In this document: one piece after another, positions 1-6,299 of the stretch | How positions within the stretch are numbered: position 1 is the first letter of the stretch | Layout of the letters: every line of letters starts with the position of its first letter | Assembly: GCA_019057375.1 (NCBI GenBank) | Contig: DXJF01000007.1 | Location: forward strand, 1 to 24,594 | Direction of reading: 5' to 3' | DNA: 24,594 nt | Source: Candidatus Heimdallarchaeota archaeon | Lineage (GTDB): Archaea; Asgardarchaeota; Heimdallarchaeia; Heimdallarchaeales; Heimdallarchaeaceae | Translations under genes and position numbers: made by a program | Notes under the pieces: model-generated | Told to the model about the DNA's origin: nothing | Databases searched by the model: none | The model's input: the letters and a program-made list of their open reading frames with translations, nothing else

Positions 1-136
1 ACTCAATTTTTATTGTCGCTTTTGTTAGTTGTTTACTATCTTCGAGATGTTCTAATTCTAATAAAAGATTTCTGTATTCTTCTAAATTAACGAAATCAGG
101 AACATTCTCTTCAGGTATAGTTTTTTGTTCATTCAT
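1..136 (-). CDS. hypothetical protein, 5' part only (runs off window start)
   Basis: Hand translation from ATG at 136: MNEQKTIPEENVPDFVNLEEYRNLLLELEHLEDSKQLTKATIKIE..., open to position 1. A purine-rich GAAAGGAAAG lies upstream, directly after the stop of the 151..333 gene. Not in the supplied ORF track. Confidence 0.6.
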   Translation of the reverse strand, partial: MNEQKTIPEENVPDFVNLEEYRNLLLELEHLEDSKQLTKATIKIE

Positions 137-150
137 TTGTCTTTCCTTTC

Positions 151-333
151 CTAGTTGCTTTTGGGTTTGATAACCCACCCTCTTTCGAGGTCGATTCTAC
201 AAAAGTCTGCAATCAGATCTTGCAGTTTTTCGTAAGTAGACTTTCCTTCTTTTTCGCATAAGTTTCTAAAAATTTCAGCTACTTCAGAAGGTACGCGTGT
301 ATTGAATTGTTCGAGTTTGTTTTCCGATGGCAA
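151..333 (-). CDS. ribbon-helix-helix (CopG/Arc-like) DNA-binding protein
   Basis: 60 aa with an alternating beta-strand (QFNTRV) followed by two helices (PSEVAEIFRNLCEKEG, STYEKLQDLIADF), the typical RHH layout. Confidence 0.65.
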   Translation of the reverse strand: MPSENKLEQFNTRVPSEVAEIFRNLCEKEGKSTYEKLQDLIADFCRIDLERGWVIKPKSN

Positions 334-374
334 TTTTCGTCACCAAAAGAATAGCTGTTTAGATAATATTTAAT

Positions 375-435
375 GATATCGAAAAAAGATAGCGAATTAA
401 ACTATCTAACAAAACAATTTATTACCAATAGCGAA
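375..435. promoter_or_regulatory. short repeats in divergent promoter region (putative operators)
   Basis: GATATCGAA (375), GATAGCGAA (388), AATAGCGAA (427), plus the inverted pair AGATAG(387-392)/CTATCT(402-407), between the divergent RHH and wHTH genes. Confidence 0.3.
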
Positions 436-446
436 AATGTAATTTA

Positions 447-752
447 ATGGATGGAAAAGAGCTAAATATAGTTGAATTATTATCAAGAAAAGGTTTCTAT
501 GAAGTATTGTATGCTGTAGCAATTGAAGGTTATAAAAACTGGTCTAATATTGTTTTTTCAGTACTTAACCAAAAAAGAAGAACTAGCACTTCTACGATCA
601 GAGATAGGTTGAATGATTTAGTCAAAGTAAATTATGTTGAGAAGAAATTAAAAATTAAGTCTAGGAGTGAATATACCTATCATGTTACAGCTTTAGGAAA
701 GAAATATGCTCTTTCTATTCAAAAGATGTTAGAAGAAACAAAAGAAAAATAG
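447..752 (+). CDS. winged-helix transcriptional regulator (HxlR/ArsR/MarR-like)
   Basis: 101 aa. Recognition helix STSTIRDRLNDLVKVNYV, wing EKKLKIKSRSEYTYHVT, then ALGKKYA, a standard wHTH ending. Confidence 0.75.
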   Translation: MDGKELNIVELLSRKGFYEVLYAVAIEGYKNWSNIVFSVLNQKRRTSTSTIRDRLNDLVKVNYVEKKLKIKSRSEYTYHVTALGKKYALSIQKMLEETKEK

Positions 753-758
753 GCAGTT

Positions 759-842
759 CTAAAAAAGCTGTGAATTACATTCTAACTTATCTGGAATTTC
801 TAAATGCTTTAAATATTCAGCATATCTTGTTAGATTCTCCAT
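759..842 (-). CDS. putative 27-aa small protein
   Basis: MENLTRYAEYLKHLEIPDKLECNSQLF*, with a strong GAGGTG RBS 9 nt upstream of the ATG. Below the ORF-track cutoff. Confidence 0.3.
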   Translation of the reverse strand: MENLTRYAEYLKHLEIPDKLECNSQLF

Positions 843-870
843 TCTTAGATACACCTCTTTTTGAGAAGAG

Positions 871-890
871 TTGTCCCCGCGTGGGGACAA
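871..890. promoter_or_regulatory. GC-rich 20-bp palindrome/hairpin
   Basis: TTGTCCCC-GCGT-GGGGACAA: perfect 8-bp arms in a very AT-rich intergenic region. The structure is certain, the function is not known. Confidence 0.55.
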
Positions 891-911
891 AGTGAAAACT
901 ACTAGTGCTAT

Positions 912-924
912 AAAACTTTATATA
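912..924 (+). promoter_or_regulatory. archaeal BRE-TATA promoter
   Basis: AAAAC-TTTATATA, with the TATA box at 917-924, about 30 nt before the ATG at 956. Confidence 0.5.
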
Positions 925-955
925 CTTTATATTGTTTACAATTTAGAGGATTTAA

Positions 956-1135
956 ATGTCAAAAGTAGTATTATTAGATCCTGAATTACATAGAAATTTG
1001 GATATCTTACGAGCTGCGAAAGGAAAGAAGAGTTTCAATGATACAATTGAATTCTTATACACCTATTTCTATAAAAAAGAAGTCGAAGGCACAGAGCTCG
1101 ATAAGATGACAATAATTGCTAAAAAGGGGACATGA
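956..1135 (+). CDS. small RHH/antitoxin-like DNA-binding protein (59 aa)
   Basis: Hand translation MSKVVLLDPELHRNLDILRAAKGKKSFNDTIEFLYTYFYKK...; GAGGA RBS. The pattern V.L..E.H..L..L...G..SFNDTI resembles archaeal VapB/CopG-type antitoxins. Missed by the 60-aa cutoff. Confidence 0.6.
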   Translation: MSKVVLLDPELHRNLDILRAAKGKKSFNDTIEFLYTYFYKKEVEGTELDKMTIIAKKGT

Positions 1136-1138
1136 AAA

Positions 1139-1330
1139 ATGTACGAAGAAGATAAAGAAGAAAGCGGTTATGAACGCGTAGCTAGGCATGAAGCTACAAT
1201 CTATCCTAAAGGATATGAGAATACTTCATATGAAAAACTGGGAGGATTTATTATTTTTGTACCTGCTCATTATGATATCAAAGAAGGAGATATAGTTCGT
1301 GTTACTCTAGAAAAAATAAAGGCGAAATGA
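1139..1330 (+). CDS. small beta-barrel protein, AbrB/SpoVT- or TRAM-like
   Basis: Motif GFIIFVPAHYDIKEGDIVRVTLEK. ATGA overlap with the next gene. Confidence 0.5.
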   Translation: MYEEDKEESGYERVARHEATIYPKGYENTSYEKLGGFIIFVPAHYDIKEGDIVRVTLEKIKAK

Positions 1331-1629
1331 AAAGAATGGAAATAGAAAACATAGATATGAAACTTTATGGTAATCTTGCTTGTACAATTCAAGCAAAATG
1401 TGATTGTGGAAAAACTATAACACAAGGAGATCAGAACGACTATATTGATCTTCCTTATCAATATTTATTGCAATGTGTCGAATGTGGAAGAACCTATGGT
1501 ATTTGTATAGAAGCTAATATAAAACCTAAAATTACTAAACAAACTTATTTTGGACAAAATTTAGAAAAAATTGAAACTGACAAAAAATTTGAAGAATGGT
1601 TAGAAAGTATAGAAGGAGAGATACATTAA
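1327..1629 (+). CDS. Zn-ribbon protein
   Basis: 100 aa with CDCG and CVECG knuckles about 25 aa apart; translationally coupled to the upstream gene. Confidence 0.6.
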   Translation: MKRMEIENIDMKLYGNLACTIQAKCDCGKTITQGDQNDYIDLPYQYLLQCVECGRTYGICIEANIKPKITKQTYFGQNLEKIETDKKFEEWLESIEGEIH

Positions 1630-1658
1630 AGTATTCAAAATATAGGATAGACATTCTT

Positions 1659-2486
1659 ATGACTACAGGTGTGGAGATATATATTGATGAAATAAGAGTA
1701 TTGGGAGAAACTATTAAAGACGCGATAATATCAAATGATACTTTAATTTTGAAAGGGATACAAGCAATGGAATCATCTATATGGAACAAGATTCGCGCTT
1801 CTGAAAGCATAGTAACCACAATAATCACTAATGCATATGATCTTTATGACTCTACGGATCCTAATAGAGATAAAGCAAGTAAAATAAAAACGCATATAAT
1901 GAAAGAGTGGAAGAACAAGTGGAGAGGTGTTTCAGCAGAGAACATATGGGAGACATTAGAGGAGTTAGAAAGACTAGATCTAATAGAGTTACATATGCGG
2001 CAGTATGTTGATAGGCATGGTAATGAAGCTGAAGCACCATACAAAGTATCTTTGAAGCCAATATGGGATGATGTAATTGAGAACATGCATCAAGAAGGTG
2101 GAGATAGATATATTTTCGCATCTTCAATTGGTAAACTAATTGGTTTGTCTATTGCAGGAAACAGACCAGATGTTCGAGGTAGGAGAGCTTATGGTGTAGA
2201 ATCTTGGAGACCTGTTTCTGTTGTAGTCAGAAAAGCGAGTGCTAAACCAGATGGAAGGATATCAAAAAAGGAATTAGAACAGATTTATGTAAGTTCTGCG
2301 ACTTATGGAAAGAGAAAGTGGATTGAGATGCGAGAAAGAGATAAAGCTAAAGCTGAAGAAATTCGTTTCATTACTGATGATAGGGGGTCTTATGTAACAA
2401 TAAATAGAAATGCGATTTTAGCTTATCAAAGAATAGTAGAAAACGCTAGAAGATTAACACAACAGAGGGTAATTGATGAGAGCTAA
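1659..2486 (+). CDS. hypothetical protein, probable tandem winged-helix (275 aa from the ATG at 1659)
   Basis: Long ORF in operon. The ATG at 1659 avoids overlap with the upstream gene. wHTH-like segments: VSAENIWETLEELERLDLIELH and GRISKKELEQIY...RFITDDRGSYVTIN. The CDS is solid, the fold is an inference. Confidence 0.7.
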   Translation: MTTGVEIYIDEIRVLGETIKDAIISNDTLILKGIQAMESSIWNKIRASESIVTTIITNAYDLYDSTDPNRDKASKIKTHIMKEWKNKWRGVSAENIWETLEELERLDLIELHMRQYVDRHGNEAEAPYKVSLKPIWDDVIENMHQEGGDRYIFASSIGKLIGLSIAGNRPDVRGRRAYGVESWRPVSVVVRKASAKPDGRISKKELEQIYVSSATYGKRKWIEMRERDKAKAEEIRFITDDRGSYVTINRNAILAYQRIVENARRLTQQRVIDES

Positions 2487-3177
2487 AAACAATGATTTTT
2501 TGATCTTAAATCCAACAGATATTCAAGAAGATATTATTAAACTAAAAGGAAAGAAATATAATGAAATCTATGACTTTGTAAAGAAAATAATAAGTCACCA
2601 ATTTCAAAGAAATATAGATAAAGGTATCAAAGGTTTTATTTTCTATGGTGATGTAGGTACAGGAAAAACAGTAATGGTTAAGGCGCTTAGTAGAGATCTT
2701 AATCTTCCTTTATTTTTCATAGATGGTGTTGATATTGCAAGAAGTTTATATGGACAAAGTGAACAACAGATTGGGTCATTATTTGAAGTAGCTTCTTCAA
2801 GAAAGTGTATGATTTTAATTGATGACGCTGAATCTGTTTTTCCTAAAAGAGATTGGATTAAAGGTCAATCTTGGCATGTAGCTCAAAATAACGTTTTTTT
2901 CCATCAATTAGATAATATAAACTCAGCAAAAACTTGTGTAATCTTAACAACTAACAGATATGATTTAATGGATAAAGCTATAAAAGATAGATTATATCCT
3001 ATTGAATTTGATAAACCTGATTTAGAGACATTAATTGAGATATCGAAGTTGAAATGTGCAGAATTAGGAATGAGCTCTAAGGAAGTTATAGAAGAGCTAA
3101 AAGCAAATGCTGAGTCTTACAAAAGTGTAAGAGCGTTAGAAAAGTTAATAAGAAGAATATACATCGAAAGTTTGTAG
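2476..3177 (+). CDS. AAA+ ATPase (classical AAA clade, no N-domain, Pch2/TRIP13-like motifs)
   Basis: Walker A GDVGTGKT, pore loop RSLYGQSE, Walker B ILIDDAE, sensor-1/SRH VILTTNRYDLMDKAIKDRL. AGAGGGT RBS before the ATG at 2476. Confidence 0.88.
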   Translation: MRAKNNDFLILNPTDIQEDIIKLKGKKYNEIYDFVKKIISHQFQRNIDKGIKGFIFYGDVGTGKTVMVKALSRDLNLPLFFIDGVDIARSLYGQSEQQIGSLFEVASSRKCMILIDDAESVFPKRDWIKGQSWHVAQNNVFFHQLDNINSAKTCVILTTNRYDLMDKAIKDRLYPIEFDKPDLETLIEISKLKCAELGMSSKEVIEELKANAESYKSVRALEKLIRRIYIESL

Positions 3178-3199
3178 TTCGGGATTGGAACCCCGAACT
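3176..3199. other. GC-rich hairpin overlapping the AAA stop codon
   Basis: AGTTCGGG-ATTGGAAC-CCCGAACT, an 8-bp perfect stem. Confidence 0.55.
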
Positions 3200-3213
3200 T
3201 AAGAAATATAAAA

Positions 3214-3492
3214 ATGGTAAGGAAAATGGTATGGATAATGATTCATGCTTTAAATAAAAATGCATCTACAAGAATTAATGATTATTGTCAGAGAAATCCA
3301 GAAAAACTTATAGCAAAACTCCATTATAAAATACTATTGATGAAAAATGATGGAGAAGTACTTGCTTATTTGGTGAAATTAAAGAAAGTATATGGAGAAT
3401 GGATAGAATTATTTGCAATACAACCTTTAGAATTATTTTCATTACCAGAAAAAGTATTAAAAGTTGTGAATATATGGCTGAACATAAGTTAG
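3214..3492 (+). CDS. hypothetical protein
   Basis: 92-aa ORF, co-oriented in the operon and in the same frame as the AAA gene. The start is uncertain (3214, 3226 or 3238). Confidence 0.5.
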   Translation: MVRKMVWIMIHALNKNASTRINDYCQRNPEKLIAKLHYKILLMKNDGEVLAYLVKLKKVYGEWIELFAIQPLELFSLPEKVLKVVNIWLNIS

Positions 3493-3718
3493 GAGTCACT
3501 CCTAAAATTGCAATAAAACATATAAAAGAGATTAATGATTTGGAGGAATTACAAAAATGTCAGATAATATTCGAGAGAATACGGGTAGAAGAATAGTAGA
3601 ATTGTTAAAAAAAAGCAATCTAAATTTTCAAACAAATATTTTAAAAAGAAAAAGTGATCAAGAGTTAAATAAAATAATTGAAAGAGAATTTGAGAAATGG
3701 GTTGATGAAAATGATTGA
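3474..3718 (+). CDS. small helical protein(s): two overlapping ORFs (3474..3596 and 3557..3718), or one gene split by a frameshift
   Basis: MAEHKLGVTPKIAIKHIKEINDLEELQK... and MSDNIRENTGRRIVELLKK...EFEKWVDEND*. The second ORF has GGAGG at 3542-3546 and overlaps the SMC start by 8 nt. Confidence 0.45.
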
Positions 3719-5540
3719 ATTGGAACTAGAAAATATTGGAGGACTAAGAGGAGAACACAATCTTACTTTGAAAGAAGGTTTGAATATAATTGAAGCTCCA
3801 AATGCTACTGGTAAAACAAGCATTATTAATGGAATAAGATCTTTGATTCTTCCTTCTGAAGATATTAAAAATCAAAGACACTTTCTAAACTTAATGGTTA
3901 AAGATGGAAAAGTCAGCGCTAAAATCAATAATGAAAAGTTTGTAAGAGAGATTCATGAAGCAGGAGGGAATCTTTTTGTCAGTGGTGATTCTCTATTTGA
4001 AGCTGATATAAAAGCAGATGTTCTAGCTGTTGCACAAAGAGGCAATAGATTGTTAAATCTTGTATCTCAAGGTGAATCTTTAAAATCAGTTTTAGATGAG
4101 TTTTCTGATTCCCGATATTATGAATCAGGTGCTCAGATACTTAAATGGAAACAAAATGCTATATTAACCGAATTAAAGAATTACAGGGAAGAACAAAGGA
4201 AATTGGAAGAATATCGTAATCAATTAAAAGAATTAGAAAACGAAAAACAGAAACTAGAAGAAGAACAAAATCAACTTGAAAGAATCCCTGAAGCTAGTGC
4301 TTCTGACATGTTAAAAAAACAAAGAGAATTAAGAGAACTGAATGAAAAAAGAACAACTAGAAAAATAGAAATTCAAAACTTAAAAAACAGATTAGACGAT
4401 TTTAAAAATGATATAAAAGAAAGTCGAAGATTAGAAGAATACTATGAAAAGCAAATTGAAGATTTCTCACAAAGACATCCTGACATAGATAAAGAAATCA
4501 AAGAAATTGATAATGATATTTCAGAATTAATGAAACAAAAGAGTGAAGTACAAACTGAACAAAGAATGATTAGCATTATGTTAGAAGAAAGTAGAAAAAA
4601 CCTTTCAGAAGCGCATAAACTAGGAGTAGACGAGTGTCTAGCTTGCGGGAATAAGAGTTTTTCACGTGCAGATGCTGAAATAAGAGTGAGAGATTTGGAA
4701 AAAAAATATTCTGAATTAACTAAAATTATTGGACAAATAAATATAGAAATTGAACAAAAAAGAATAACAATAGATTCTCTACAAGAGGAACGTCAAAAAA
4801 TAAAAACAGAATTTTACAAAAATTTAAATGATGTTCGACAAAACTTGAAATTTAAAGAAAACGCAAGAAAAAAAACAATTAATGAAATTTCATCAAATGA
4901 AAAAATGTTGAAAGAATTAGAAGAAGAAATCAATGAAACAGAAGAAGGATTTAATGAAACTATTCTTTCTTTAATGCAAGAACATGAAGATTTACGTTAT
5001 AGGATGGGAGTAAATGATGGAGAAATAAGAAGAACTCAAGAGGCTATAAATGAAAGTGCTGATGTAACAGGTGTAGTTCAAAAATCTGAAAAAAAATATG
5101 AATTTTTAGGGCAAACAATAACATATATGCAGAATAAAGCTAAAAGCATATCTGATGAGTTAATTAGGTACTTTAATACAAAGATACATGAAGTTTATCA
5201 AAAACTTGATTTTAAAGATTTTGAAAAGATATATATTGATTCCAATACTTTTGAAATTAATATTATACGTAAAACAAATGGTAATCCAATCAGGCAGCCT
5301 ATTTCCTCCTTAAGTGATAGTGAGAGAAATACAATAGGTATAATTTCAATGTTAGCAGGAAAAGAACAGTTTTTACCAAACTTCCCTCTATTTGTTCTCG
5401 ATGCTGTAACTACAGATTATGATGACACTAGATTCAACTCAATTATTAGTTATTTAGTGGAAAATGTAACCTATGTTTTAGTAACAAAGCTAAGTCCTTA
5501 TGAAACAACTTCAGGATTAACCATAAAACACAAATTCTAA
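3711..5540 (+). CDS. SMC/Rad50-like coiled-coil ATPase, Sph/ASRP-like, with central CxxC hook
   Basis: N-terminal head LENIGGL...APNATGKTS, long coiled coil, central CLAC, C-terminal head LSDSER...LAG...PLFVLDAV..YD...F..IISYL. The start is more likely the ATG at 3711 (or 3705) than the TTG at 3678. Confidence 0.9.
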   Translation: MIELELENIGGLRGEHNLTLKEGLNIIEAPNATGKTSIINGIRSLILPSEDIKNQRHFLNLMVKDGKVSAKINNEKFVREIHEAGGNLFVSGDSLFEADIKADVLAVAQRGNRLLNLVSQGESLKSVLDEFSDSRYYESGAQILKWKQNAILTELKNYREEQRKLEEYRNQLKELENEKQKLEEEQNQLERIPEASASDMLKKQRELRELNEKRTTRKIEIQNLKNRLDDFKNDIKESRRLEEYYEKQIEDFSQRHPDIDKEIKEIDNDISELMKQKSEVQTEQRMISIMLEESRKNLSEAHKLGVDECLACGNKSFSRADAEIRVRDLEKKYSELTKIIGQINIEIEQKRITIDSLQEERQKIKTEFYKNLNDVRQNLKFKENARKKTINEISSNEKMLKELEEEINETEEGFNETILSLMQEHEDLRYRMGVNDGEIRRTQEAINESADVTGVVQKSEKKYEFLGQTITYMQNKAKSISDELIRYFNTKIHEVYQKLDFKDFEKIYIDSNTFEINIIRKTNGNPIRQPISSLSDSERNTIGIISMLAGKEQFLPNFPLFVLDAVTTDYDDTRFNSIISYLVENVTYVLVTKLSPYETTSGLTIKHKF

Positions 5541-5650
5541 CCTATATTAGAAATTTCAAGAATTATATAAAATTTCTAATCTTTCTTATTTTTGTATTAT
5601 GCTGATTTTTTTATGAACTAAAAATCTTTGTTTACTTTTTAATTTAATAA

Positions 5651-6103
5651 ATGACAAATAGATTAAAAATGATAAAAATGAAGGAAGAAATAGAGTTCAC
5701 ATATTATGCAATGATCTATTCAATAGATGAAGAACATCTATACATTTTACTGTCCAAAAAAGAAGGATACTTAATATATGTCCCAACAAATTCTGGTTTC
5801 AGACGAGGAGATCATGTAAGAGTAAAACTCAAAAAACCAGTTGTTAAATATAAAGAAGAATTTGCTTTAGTTACAAAAGATGGAAAATATGAAGTTCATA
5901 GTGCTAAAGTTACTTTTAGCAAAAAGAAAGGCAAAGTTTAGGGAATAAATTCTGAATGGACAAAAAGAAGTCTTTCTATTCCTAAAGAAACAACTGATCT
6001 CTCTAAAACATTTGTTTTTTTTGAACAAGATGAAAATGGTATCTGGTACGCTATTTTTTTCCAACCTTTAGGTGAACATGATATAATCAAATCAAGAGTG
6101 TAG
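5651..6103 (+). CDS. AbrB/SpoVT-like protein interrupted by an in-frame TAG at 5939-5941
   Basis: The 96-aa ORF (GYLIYVPTNSGFRRGDHVRVKL) is followed in the same frame by 53 stop-free codons (...KRSLSIPKETTDLSKTFVFFEQDENGIWYAIFF...) ending at TAG 6101-6103. Confidence 0.55.
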
Positions 6104-6125
6104 GGGGTTCGAACCCGTGTCTTGA
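6092..6125. other. hairpin containing a tRNA T-arm-like palindrome
   Basis: TCAAGA...GGGTTCGAACCC...TCTTGA. The minus strand reads ACGGG-TTCGAAC-CCCCT. There is no D-arm or acceptor stem, so this is not a tRNA gene. Confidence 0.35.
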
Positions 6126-6299
6126 AAATGGTAAAAAATCGAGCAAATATTACCAATTCTAAGGTACTTTTTTCTTGTGATATATCTCATCCCATCTAGT
6201 AATCTCTCAGTAGCTTTACGCTTTAGTGCCTTATATTCCATCTTAGAAAGGCTTTCCAGCTATTTTTCAAGATTCAGCCAAAAAGAATGATTCTAAGAA

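Noticed and set aside
1270-2127. Minus-strand ORFs 1270..1461, 1535..1828, 1844..2086 and 1861..2127
   Set aside because: Antisense shadows of better-supported, coupled plus-strand genes, with no motifs.
3308-3596. ORF 3308..3499 (-) and the N-terminal part of 3399..3596 (+)
   Set aside because: The first is an antisense shadow. The second overlaps the 92-aa gene by 94 nt, so only the part from ATG 3474 is plausible.
1659-5540. Assignment to Wadjet, Lamassu, Dnd, SbcCD/Mre11-Rad50 or type III CBASS
   Set aside because: No Toprim/JetD, LmuA-type effector, DndC/E, Mre11 phosphoesterase, CD-NTase or recognisable HORMA gene in the module.
6060-6150. Complete tRNA gene around GGTTCGAACCC
   Set aside because: No acceptor stem, D-arm or anticodon arm could be folded on either strand, and the T-stem has a mismatch.
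5867-6156. Minus-strand ORFs 5867..6064 and 5938..6156
   Set aside because: Antisense to the open plus-strand frame 5651..6103, which has recognisable motifs.
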